DNA of 64,000 nt, taken from Balanoglossus misakiensis. Its lineage: Eukaryota > Animalia > Hemichordata. The stretch lies in NCBI GenBank assembly GCA_040954595.2, contig CM082586.2:6124509-6188508 (forward strand). Reading direction: 5' to 3'. Positions 1 to 11,434 of the stretch are shown piece by piece. A model generated the notes under the pieces. The model was given only the letters and a program-made list of their open reading frames with translations, did no database searches and had not been told where the DNA came from. The translations under genes were made by a program, and so were the position numbers. Positions within the stretch are counted from its first letter, which is position 1, and each line of letters begins with the position of its first letter.

Positions 1-3000
1 ACTTGGAATTAGAGATGGTGATTGAAAGTGATTGCTCGTAGCGCCGGTTTGATCAGCCGCTTTGGTGGGAAATATGGAGCCCGCTAATTGCGTAGTTATG
101 TTTCCTGGCTTTCCTCGAGAGCTAATCGTGACATATAACAAGTATCCATAATAAATATTTTGCCGTCGGTTGTATTAACATATTAAGTTCAGCTAGCGAA
201 ATGTTCAAATCACTTCTGTGCGCCGACTGCATGTAGCTATATAACCCAATGGAAAAGCATAATGAACAAAACGACCTCTGCTGTTTACTCAATGACGAGG
301 CTGATCAAGTCTGAGAACAATTTGTCGGACAAACCATACGGTAACGTACAACAACGAAGTTAAATTCTCTGCCCTGTTGCGTGTTGCTATACCGGTAGCG
401 GCAGACGGCCAGTATGAAGAAACGTGTCCTGGATTTCTAAGTGTAAATCTACCAGTAACACCTGCTCATTTGTTTTATGTTATGCTCATTAGAATTTCGC
501 TCAGTCATCCACGTTAAAAATGCATGAGAGCCACGAAAGCAAAATTTAATGTAATGGTCTTTTCCAGCAACACAATTCCAAAGGCAGTAATTTTCTTACT
601 AAATATGAAAGATTTGTTACCTCAGGTCTTCTTTCGAGAAATAACCACGGATTTTTAATGAACGAAACTCAAAATAAATGAGCGAGTGTCCAATATAATA
701 CGGCTTCTACTTAAGGTTGAAATTTTCCCCTAATCTAATTTTGTTATAGTTATGTATTGAATGCGGGTTATTGTTAGTTTGTAAAGCTCGTGCATATGTG
801 TACTGTACTTCGGATTTCATTAGCAAATAGCATAACACCACAGCGTTCGATGAAAGAAACTTTCGACTATTTGTCGCCGGAACAATTATGCACTAAGTTT
901 TAATGGAATTATTCTGCAATGCTCATGGCATTTTACTGCATTAGAAGCGAAGCTGTGTTGATTGAATTAAAACAGTGGAGCACTGGACAACAGTAGCAAT
1001 CTGGAACAATGGTCAAATGTCATTAACTTAGGGGTTCATTTCAGGAAATCACATTGGTTATAGGCATGGCGGTATAACCTTCATGGGTTAGGGTTACGGC
1101 GCGGTTGTAAATGTAGAACTCATCTGCATATTCTGAAGTAGCTCGCAGGAATAAAGCCCGCTCTTCCGGGTTTACATGAACCACGTTCTTAAAGAGCAGC
1201 TTTCACTTCCTTTTGTTCGTATCTGCAGGATATCAACCAGGTAACATCCCAGTTGGCGATTCGCTAGAAATGAAACACGTGACCTGAATTCGAGATAACG
1301 CTCCTGCAATGGAGTGCAGTGTGCGCACTCACATCAATGAAATTAGAGCATTAGGCCTATTTATTAATGATCCACTTTTGATCGAAAGACATTCATGTAA
1401 TGGGATTTTTCTTTATACCCCTTGACCAGATTGGTCGTCACGTGCCTGTGCTGGGGAACCTTGTTTACTATTATATGATAACTTTTTCTCTTACACTCCT
1501 CGCACGCTTCCTAACATTAAAGGGCCACTTACATGTATATTTATTTTCCAGTATTTTTTGTTTCATGTATCAACTTCATTTTCTTGTTCTCCTCCCTAGA
1601 GTATCCCAAAATTCCCAGTTTTCTGCTGTCAACAAGTCATGCGTATGTGCACAGACCATTGTTCTTGTTGACAAATGTATCAAGTCCGGACTTAAATACA
1701 TTTGTAAGCCGATCGAGAAATCATGGATGATGAATTTCATGGCAGCACTGTTAAAAGCAGCGCGCGGAAAGCAGCGATGCCGGAGAAATCAAAGATTTGG
1801 ATAAGGACGTCGTAAATATTTTTTTGAATTGGAAATACATGCACGGTGCGTCGTGAATGCCGGCGACCTAATAGACTGATGTTTCACTCCTTCAAGAAGG
1901 GGAATAAACATTATCGAGAACATTTCACCCCTTCGGGAACACGTTAGCATTCTTCGACAATTTGGGCTCATTTCCATAATTTGATGCGTGATGTCATGGC
2001 TAGCGGCATTTTCACCCCAGGTGTAAATTGAAGTTGAGTAATAAAATATCAGCCTTTGTGTCAGATGTCTGTGAAACCCACCGGGGGTTATTCACCTTTG
2101 ACCCTGTCTGTACTTTATCTCAAACCGAACGTGTCTATCAGGGATGGAAATGCGTCTATTTGCCACATTCTGAGTCTCGGTAGAATGTTGCCAAAGGAAT
2201 GCAAACGTTGTGTACATGTAGGGGCTAGGTGCAGACGAAACAATTTGCAGTAGAGATCAAACGTGTACGAGACGAGATGGAAGTATATCTAACAACAAAA
2301 TCAGCGACTTGTCAATTATAAATGATTTCCGTTCATAATTTACATCACCATATAATTAAGTAGATTTTACTTTAAAATCTTACTACATGTACTATCTTAT
2401 TCTTAAAGGTAAGCTAAGGCGTCACACTTCAAATTTAGTCAATGCAAGTAACGATACTGATTGATTAAGCCCAGCGCATGATTTACAGTTTGATGCGAGA
2501 ACGACGTTGAAGAAACCAAGTCACTGTCTGTGAAGAGCTTTACAAGCCATTACTGCAGGATCCCAATGAAGCTTTAAAAACACCGACCCACAGCCGGAAA
2601 GAATCCGATAAGTCGCAGTGAAACATGTACTAGTACGCCGCATTGTATTAAAGTAAAGGGTGTGCGAAATGGTCTGCCATCGCAAAGTGAGAAAGCTTAC
2701 TTGCCATTAAAATGTAATGGGTTTTTGGATCAAGGAATCTGACATTAACCAATGAGGCCAACCATTGACATTTAATGGCAATTTACAACTGTCAACGGCC
2801 TTTTCATCAAATGACTTTATCGGTCATTAGGGCTGATGACAAGGGCCAAACTAAACACATGATCCTAAGACGTCATGAAACGCGGCGTATTACGGGGAGC
2901 TCTTTAACGGGTTTTAGTCCACGCTCGGGCGCCTCCATCAGCCGTGATTCGAGGCGGTTCAAATACTCATATCCGAAACGCGTTCAGGCTTGCTGTGTTG

Positions 3001-4578
3001 CCATGGCGATGCAAATAAGCGCAGACGAAGACAACTGCCATGAATACGCGCTTGTCCGTTTACATCCCGCAATGCACTAAGGTTGGTCCAAGGCACGCGA
3101 TGACAGGGTCGCGCTCTGCGAAGATATAACGAATGACATTAGCTCCCCTAAAACGGATCAATTTTCCGTAATTTCGTCAGAGCGGAGTAAAAAACCAGCT
3201 AACTGATACACCAGCACTCTCTCTCAGTCTATTTAACAATCAGCGGGAACGACATGACAGTCTTCGAGCAGAACAAAGACGCCAGGATTTTCAAGGATCC
3301 ACTTTCCGATCAATTTTCTTCTACAACGACACTTAAGTCAATCTTCTCGTCATCTTTCCTGTTATTAAAGTTTACTCTCACTCTGTGCGCGGTCGATGCG
3401 ATGCCTGAAATTGGCTGACATGATAACGACTTCGACTGTCAATAAACCACAAATACCGAGTCTCTGGCAAACGCAAATTGTGGCTCCCGGTGTTTTTACT
3501 TGAACAATCGTATATATATAATATATATATATTAAATTTATCATGTATGAAAGTTTTATAGCAGTTAAATATTTCAGGTGTTCCCGTTCAGTCCAATTTC
3601 GATTGTTAATTTTCTTGAAAACAAGACGATGGAAATTTAAATATTTAAATTTGTTTCCAACGAAACCCTCAATACACTTGTAGCAAAAACCATGTTTTGT
3701 AGGATCATGAAGAATGATACATTTTAACGCTAATCTTGCCTCTTCTGAAAGATATAATCTAGAGTATCGACGTCGGACATTTAGAATTGTTGAAGGGATT
3801 GATAACGTCTCAACATAAGCCGATCGCCAATCCTGCAATCGACAGAGACGACCCGAAGTCTGAATTGACGTCATCTGGTGTATTAATACGCCATGTGATA
3901 CGGTTTTAACCGGCTTACTTGATAATCTAACCCAGCGGCGATGAATTCGATAGTTCATCCATCTTGTCTCAAAATAATTGAGACCGTTGCGTTGTCAGGA
4001 TAAGTTTCTATTCCGCGATGTGTAGGCTTCTGACTGTGATTATTTGCGTACATCCGGGATACGGATTTGCCGTGGAACCTTCTGGAGATGTTCTTTGTGG
4101 TAATGTCACTAAGACAAACAAACACAAAGGGAAACCCACAGGAGATAGGAACAAAACTGGCCATGCAAGAGATTCAACACAAACAGGCGCCACTACATTT
4201 TGCTATTTCCACTAAGCCATCTAGTCATACACAAAACCAATTTCTGTAATAATATACATCGACGTCATCGATATTTTCATTTAATTTTTTTGCGACGCAC
4301 AAAAAGTGAACTATTGCCTTTCCCTTCTAAACTGCTTAGCATTGATTATTACGCTATTTGGGATTGATGTACACAAGGCATGCATATACTGACTAGATTA
4401 GTAAACGCATAAATATTAAATTAAAATATCCTTCCCCAAACTGAATTGCAATAATATCTTTTGTCGGAATCAATTATTAATTTTACTAGTGGGGGTGGGG
4501 GCTGACCGGACGCTTTACGGTTTGGTTTGTGTTATTTTCCAGCGAGTTCTTAGCTGATTGAAACAGAGAAAATCTGCC

Positions 4579-4622
4579 ATGGGAGACGAAGAGCCTGAAA
4601 ACTTAATCAGAATTACATTCAA
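4579..4622 (+). CDS. Tentative first coding exon segment of the FKBP locus (MGDEEPENLIRITF)
   Basis: Acceptor ttattttccAG at 4541-4542; gccATGG start at 4579 preceded by an in-frame TGA; donor AA|GTAATT at 4623 (phase 2). No recognisable homology. Confidence 0.3.
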
Positions 4623-5561
4623 GTAATTTTGTCATCTGCAGGCAATTATGTACGAAGTCCAATATGTTAAAAAATTTAAAAAATTGATATTCCGGCGGAA
4701 ATAGCGAAAACGAGACGCACACTTTATTGGCCTCGTGGTATTCTTGTTAACGGTCTATTACATTTTAAACAAAGTGATGTAAGCGAGCCCCATTTTCCCT
4801 GGCAATCTTCCCGTTGTGTCAGAAAGATAAGCTCAAGTTTTAGCCGTATACACACCTGCTGATAAATTGGCAAAACAATACATTTGTATTGTCATGTGAT
4901 GACATTAATTGAACGAATGTATCTACGCATGGCGCGAAAGACTTGCATTGACTGCACACGGATCGGTCATACAATACATGCACACGCGAGCTAGGGTATA
5001 ACTGACTAGGCTTTGTAAATTGGTTGTATCTCAACCATGATTTCTTAAGAATAGAAAAGAAAATCGGCGGCAAACCTAGAAAATGAGGAAAGGCATATGC
5101 AAATGACTTATCACCACCCACGCTGTGTTAAAAGCGATACGTCGAAGCCATTGTCACTGCGTGCGAAGAGAATGAAAGCGACTTTATCCCGCTTTTGTAA
5201 TTAGAGTTAACGTTAGTATCCAACAAAATTACAGCTTTTGTGATAAACAAATCTGTGAGTGCTAGAACTCTGTGTAATCCGAGCAAAGAGTAATTTCCGA
5301 GGGAGTGTGTTCATCCGTTGCCAACGGTATCGAAATAAATAGCCTTAGCTTGGATTTCGTCGTGTGTGTACTCTTGGGAGGCAGCGTTTACTTGCTCGTG
5401 TCATTCCGTGGAGAATTCAACGGTTGTAGGATTTCAAACAACACGTGAATGGTATAAGCCTGTTGAATAGTGTTCCGCCATCACATAAGAAAAAATGGAC
5501 TGTGCACAAACAACACGAAAATACATGGTCCAGTCACGAATTTCCGTGAAGTTCCTAAAGA

Positions 5562-5693
5562 TCTCTCTGTCCCTCCGTCTCTCTTTGTCTATCTGCCTCC
5601 GTCTCTCTTTGTCTATCTGCCTGTCTCTCTGTCTCTGCCCCCTCTCTCCCCCACTCTCTGTTTCTGTCTCTGACTCTTTCTCTGTCTGCCTGC

Positions 5694-5725
<32 letters not shown>

Positions 5726-5735
5726 ATCTCTCTCT
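5562..5735. repeat. Compound CT/CTGT microsatellite (polypyrimidine tract)
   Basis: Runs of TCTG/TCTC with a 24-nt tandem duplicate (cctccgtctctctttgtctatctg x2), directly upstream of the acceptor at 5752-5753. Confidence 0.9.
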
Positions 5736-5753
5736 ACGCGTGTTTCTTTTCAG

Positions 5754-5786
5754 CGAAACGATACAAGTTTACATTTGGCGAGGAAA
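5754..5786 (+). CDS. Tentative 33-nt micro-exon of the FKBP locus (ETIQVYIWRG)
   Basis: Acceptor tttcttttcAG, donor AA|GTAACA, phase 2-2, keeps frame with the neighbouring candidate exons. Confidence 0.3.
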
Positions 5787-5950
5787 GTAACAGTTATAAC
5801 CAAACTCTGTTATTTTTTAAGCTTACAAGAGACGTCAGTAAAGAGTTGCAACGGTACCGAACATTATGCCTACACGATGGCCTTTTTTGACTTTTTTGTT
5901 CGTGTCTTTCACTACATATACATAAATTATTCCATATCTTCATCTTACAG

Positions 5951-5995
5951 CACCGGCCTCGTCACTGCTCACACACACTATCGCTGGGAGACTCG
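5951..5995 (+). CDS. Tentative 45-nt micro-exon of the FKBP locus (TGLVTAHTHYRWET)
   Basis: Acceptor tcttcatcttacAG, donor CG|GTAATG, phase 2-2. Confidence 0.35.
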
Positions 5996-6529
5996 GTAAT
6001 GTTTGAATACAATGTAAGTCGCTACTTTCAATTCTCATCATTAATAAATCAGATTATTCTCATTGAGATGTTCTTCTCCATCATTCATCTTCCAATATTC
6101 AATTACATCAGTAATATAAGCTTGTAAGTCCAGTACATTCATAGAAAACATTGCCAATTGTCATTAGTCTTTTTTGATATCACAATCACTGAAGAGAAAT
6201 TGAATCAGCCCCGAAACAATTCTATTACTGTGCTCTCAAAATAGACCAGACGCTTTGCAACATTGAAGATCGATTCATTCATATCATTCAAGAAAGATTA
6301 AACGACGTCTGATAGCTAACGAATTTATCGCAGTAAACTCATGGGCTAGCGCCAATGGTCTTCTATTTCAAAATAATGATTTATGATTCAAATAAATTAG
6401 TTTATATTTCTGGCGGCTGGCTGTCAGCTGCTGATGGTGTTGATGGCGGATTGCTTCCAGCCAGTTCACCGCCCACCTTGTTTTAGTACTAGTGCGCTAG
6501 AAGAAAATAGTGACTGGATTTGCTTTTAG

Positions 6530-6659
6530 ATTAAACCAAGTCTCCGTGAATATAAAGCCTGGGGCTCTTGTGAACACAATAACCGGTGGACCAACTCCCC
6601 GATCTATCAAAATGTAAAGAGCACACGGAGGTGGTCAATATGGTGGCAATCTCTACACT
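6530..6659 (+). pseudogene. Disrupted exon encoding the start of the FKBP domain
   Basis: After ttttAG, frame 0 reads LNQVSVNIKPGALVNTITGGPTP, then TAA at 6615-6617. The +1 frame reads DLSKCKEHTEVVNMVAI, and frame 0 resumes with YT at 6654-6659. The spacing C-x6-(GD)-x4-(H)YT matches FKBP2-type domains. The base pair at the expected donor is GC (gcgcat), not GT. Confidence 0.6.
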
Positions 6660-6838
6660 GCGCATGCCTGTTGCATTTCCAGGAATTGCTGTTTTTCTTC
6701 CAAAGGGTTATTACTTTCAGAAAACGTCAGTTCAGAAATTTTGAAAAGTATTCTCTGCTAAGAATGAGTTCTATTTCGTTAATATTCAGCGGCAGTTTCA
6801 ATTTTGTTTATCAACACTGTCGTACCTTTGTTTGCCAG

Positions 6839-6969
6839 GGCACACTGGACGACGGGACTGTTTTCGACGCGTCCTATATCTGGGGTGAACCATTTGGATA
6901 TGTCATAGGCGAAGAAGAGGGTGAACTTATCAAAGGCTGGGTCAGAGGAGTCAAGAACATGTGTACAGG
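6839..6969 (+). CDS. FKBP-type PPIase domain exon (GTLDDGTVFDASYIWGEPFGYVIGEEEGELIKGWVRGVKNMCTG)
   Basis: Acceptor tttgccAG at 6837-6838, donor GG|GTAAGA at 6970. Classic FKBP motifs GxLxDGxxFDxS, PFxFxxG, IKGW and MCxG. Confidence 0.92.
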
Positions 6970-7190
6970 GTAAGAGCGACGTCTCTTCCAAATATACCAG
7001 CTGTACACCGTTTGTGTCGATGTTTAGGTCTTTTTCGTTCTATGTATAACTGTATCTAACTTCAAAGGTTTTGCTGTGGCGACTGAGTAGGAAGGAATAT
7101 TACATTTGATTTTTTAGTTCCCATCGATACAAGTAAAAATTTCCCCCCTCTTTTTACAGTGTTTTAAGATCCCTTTTCGTTCATTTCCAG

Positions 7191-7485
7191 GGAAACTAGA
7201 CGAATTATTGTGCCACCATTGCTTGGTTATGGTTACAAGGGCTCGCTGCCTCTGGTACCTGAGAATTCGACGCTCATTTTCGATGTCAAACTGGTGAAGG
7301 TAGTGAAGGGCGCCACCAACGGTCACTGGATTCCCCGAGATCCTCCGTCGCCCAACTTCGAAGCACTGCAGTTCCTGGCCATACCGTTCTCCGTGATTTT
7401 GTTCGTGCTCGTTGCAGTGTGTCTTTATTCTTATGAACACAGAGGCGATAAAATAAAATGGTATCGGGTGGGGGACGCTGTGTGA
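7191..7485 (+). CDS. Terminal exon: end of FKBP domain plus transmembrane helix and short tail
   Basis: Acceptor catttccAG, phase 2 matching the previous exon. Reads ETRRIIVPPLLGYGYKGSLPLVPENSTLIFDVKLV (FKBP C-terminal motifs), then hydrophobic FLAIPFSVILFVLVAVCLY, ending at TGA 7483-7485. Confidence 0.92.
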
Positions 7486-7521
7486 TGAAAATGACGTTCC
7501 AGAGGCGTGTTGCTTTTTCTT

Positions 7522-7537
7522 GGGGGGGGGGGGGGGG
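7522..7537. repeat. Poly-G tract (G16) just downstream of the FKBP stop codon
   Basis: 16 consecutive G. Confidence 0.9.
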
Positions 7538-10500
7538 TGATATTCTGCCACGTTTCCAGCGCTTAATTCTTAAGAAAACAGTACTTTCGGGCTATTGCGT
7601 CACTTCGAGTATGGACGTTCTTTTAAGTGTATTTTCACAGCGTGTTGTGTTTTGAAACAAACTATTATGGTAGACGGCAGTACATTCTGGTGAGATATAG
7701 TTCGTCTCGGACTCGGCGTGGTCAGACATCCGGAGGAACTGCGATCAAGATGAACCACTGGCTACAAGAGCGCCCTCGCTGTTGAAACTGTTTTGGGGAA
7801 ATCTTTTGTTTTTGCGTTGGGTGAACGGACAAGATAAGCAACAGTGAATGATTCTTTGTATTTCAAGACGCCTGTGGTCTAAGTTCGGTTGAGAGTGTCC
7901 ACTGAGAAGCAAAAGCTTCAATAACAAATTTATGTTGGTTTTTATAACCTTTTTAGACTATAAGTCAATTGGTCTTAATCACATGCACTTTGACGTACAT
8001 GTACAAGTATAGGGTCACTGAAAGAAGTATACATCGTTACATTTAAGTGAATGTAGATATTTTTACTGTAATAAAAATCGATCGATGGCAAGAGAACGTG
8101 TTTGTGTATTGCATTCCACTCACCTAACGAATTTTGGCCGCTGGGGCTAGGTTGTAGAGTACCGAGCAAACTAGAGGGTCTTTAGTAAGGCTTTATACAA
8201 CTGAATACCTGAAGGTGCCGGGCGTTGCACCGTTGAGCGCGATAGTGTCGCTTTCAGTCAATAGGCTGCGTGTGGTCAACTGTACGTGGAGAAACAGTTG
8301 GAAGCAAAACGGATCTTGTTTTCCAGTCCATACTATCCTTGGCCTGTGAAAAATAATCCAGAAGGAAGGAATCACTCCTAATGAGGGAACTTACCAGATC
8401 TGGTCTCAGAGCGACGGTATTTTATCGCTGTGTTATTTCCCGCGCAAACGACAATCCATTCAGCCGGTACAGCTCGTCCGTTTTCATCAGGTAGGCGATT
8501 GATTCAGTATGGGTTGTACATACGCAGCTTGTCTGGGCGCTGGGAAGGGACAGAAAAGGCGTATTATTATTACCATAAATTTATTACAGAACCATATGTG
8601 TATTAAGAGAGGAACATACCACACGACATGAAGAAGTCAGTGCAGCAGAAAGCGAACCTCATTATGATTTGGTATTAAAAAACAGCACACGTGAATGTCG
8701 CCTGCAAATTACACATTGTTGGCAGGACAGACGACACGGGTGACAGAGTACCAAATCATGGATGCGCAACGCTGTTATAACTGGACAATACTAATCTGTC
8801 TGTTTTGTGTAGACAACACTCCAAGAGCAAGCGTACATACACCTGTCAGTCAGTGAAAATTAAATTAAACTTCACCCGGTATATACCCCGCATACCACAC
8901 CGCCATTGTGTCTGGGATTTCTATAGCGTGCCTGTCAGATTTGTTCAAGACTTCAACGCTGATCGGGGGGAGTTTACGACTGGCTTATTTTGGGTTTAAT
9001 AATGTTTATTCCATCGGTTCAGAAGTCACGAAGTGTGGATTTCGCGGTTACCCACAGCGGGTTCTTAAATTCGCGTTGCTCTCATAAAATCGCTGATGGA
9101 TAAAATCCGATAACACGTCCGTCTATTGGGCACGCCATGGCGTTCGCATGCCATCGTCACCTATGGGTGACACCGAGAAAATAAATTTTCACCTTTCTTT
9201 ATTTTAACTCCCGGATTGCGTTTGGCACTTCGATCTGTTTTCTTTTTGAGCGACAGACTGTAAGACACAGAAACCACTAGAATGTCACCGGTTGATTTAC
9301 ATGAACGCACGCCTCAACGTGAATCTACGATAGACTACGTCAATACGTCTTGGCAAAATTCAACCATGAGCGTTAATTGGTTCAAATAAGGGTAGTATCA
9401 CTCGCAGGTATCAGACAATTTCCATAAATACAATACTTGTGATCCATCAACATAAAATAGCATATGATTCTTCTCTTAATTCTCCAACCCACCTCTTATA
9501 TCTACTGAAAACTCCCTTACCACTGACTGCCATAATTTATGTCTACGCAATGAAACCATAATATCCTTCGGCGGTCTACCCAGATTTATACATATTAATT
9601 AACGCATACTTATATATATGCAAATTAAACTTATACATGATATATTTTTTCTATATCAAAACTAAAATAACACGTTCAAACAAGATTTATCGGAAAGTGC
9701 TTAAAAACTTAAAAGATAATCAACTCCATCGTTAATATATATTCTTACTGTCAACGGACGGCGTCGGTTGCTATAAATTTCGAATGAAACCAACTTGAAG
9801 GTAGATTTTCCCCATTCACTATTGACTGTAAATCGCAAATAACTAACAGGTGATCACGTATCAGTCATTTATTTCATTTGTTTATGGTTGCCCTGATCAG
9901 CCAATTGGTTACCATTTAAATGAATACACTTCTCAAAAAATAACACTCTGATTTCTTTAATATCATTCAGGCAATCAAGTGCATTGCTTTAACCCATTTA
10001 TTTATGTATCAATCCATCCATCCATTTGTCTGTCTGTCTGTCTTCCCGCCTGTCTTCGCATGATAAATGTGTCAGTCGCGTCGTTTGAGAACTGTTCGGT
10101 CAGAGTCTTGCCAGGCAAATTTCAGAACAGCTACCATGGTTTCCGACCGTGCGAAATGAATTCTGACATAAATGCGCCGCCATTTTGCGTCAGAGCGATT
10201 TCAGCGTACTTGTGAGTTTAATTGGGCATGTAATGAAAATGGGACGATGGAAATAAAACAATGAATGGTACTCGATAACGACCGAGGAGAAGGGGGCGTG
10301 ATTTGCATGTGCTTTGTGTTCAAACAAACTGGTACGTCTCAGCACGGATATAAACCCCGGGGAATTCATCATTACAGAGAGCATGTCAGCTCTAAAGTGA
10401 ATTTCTTTCAGAATTCGAATAGGGGGGTCGATATGTTTGGTCGTCTGGATTTGCCCCGCTTGGCTAATAATAAAGTCGGACTCGTCGCGTGCGATGGCGG

Positions 10501-11382
10501 ATTACAAAATACATCAATGGTCACCGCTATTTTCATAGGAATATTTCTACGAACGCATCGCACCAACGCTGGCATGAGTTGCGCCATTCCCACGTCTATC
10601 ATCTTCTGTCACGCATAATAATGATTCGGGTGTGTTATATTCAGAAACTCAACTACTCAAGGTAATGTGACATCCAGCTATCATTGTTGTCTGCAATATA
10701 TCTCGAAATCAAATTCAGTGTCTGGGTACACGCCCTTAGCACGTGTCGGAGTTCTCTATAGGTCCTACGACTAAGGTAGCCATGAAGACAAACGAACACA
10801 AAGTTGTAATACATCTAGTCTAACACCTTCTTCAATGAATGTCAACGTTTGTGAATTCAAACCATGTCATGTCAACACGATTCATGATGAGTCCAGCATT
10901 TTATTCGCATTTACTACTTAAGTTACAAAAATCGTTTCATTGAAAGAAGTCTGCTCCATGCAATATATTTTTCTTCAGCTTCATGCACGAGTTCCTAATT
11001 AACCATACATACAAAGGACATTTGAAACGTTAGATGTACGCTAGACTTGTTCTTTATAATAGATATTCTAATATAACTTTCCAATGTACGTGAAAGGAAT
11101 AGAGTGTGCTCTTAACTGAGTTTCGCTAACTGATGCGTGGCATTTAACTTTGAGACACCAAAGAAATTTTTCAATTGAAATGTCAATGTATGCAGACCAC
11201 GCCCCAAACTTTGTGAGCGTCTTGCAAATGCTTCCATGAAACGACCTTGAATGGAATTCACCATTGCTTTTTCGGTTTGTCCTGATATGACAAAAAACAT
11301 AGGTGGGGCTCATGATATAATATGACATACACATGAACTAACAGGTCTGTACATTGAAAGATAATCGCTCTCTGTTGTCACC

Positions 11383-11434
11383 GTCTGTCTGTCTGTCTGT
11401 CTGTCTGTATGCTGTCTGTCTGTCTGTCTGTCTC
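11383..11434. repeat. (GTCT)n microsatellite, interrupted
   Basis: About 12 GTCT units with one interruption. Confidence 0.9.

Larger units (their letters stand above)
4579..7485 (+). pseudogene. Spliced FKBP-type peptidyl-prolyl cis-trans isomerase locus with C-terminal transmembrane anchor (FKBP2-like domain, FKBP11-like topology), apparently disrupted in one exon
   Basis: Proposed exons: 4579-4622, 5754-5786, 5951-5995 (tentative), 6530-6659 (disrupted), 6839-6969 and 7191-7485 (clear). Splice phases are mutually compatible (2,2,2,0,2). The FKBP identity is firm from the last two exons. Pseudogene status and the 5' exons are inference. Confidence 0.55.

Noticed and set aside
3365-3958. 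197-aa minus-strand ORF
   Set aside because: AT-rich, spans an (AT)n run, no recognisable motifs or codon bias.
5470-5890. Ser/Leu/Cys-rich ORFs
   Set aside because: Translations of the CT/CTGT microsatellite.
10295-10330. Octamer, Sox-like and Fox-like motif cluster (ATTTGCAT, CTTTGT, AAACAAA)
   Set aside because: Short AT-rich motifs are common by chance; no conservation data available.
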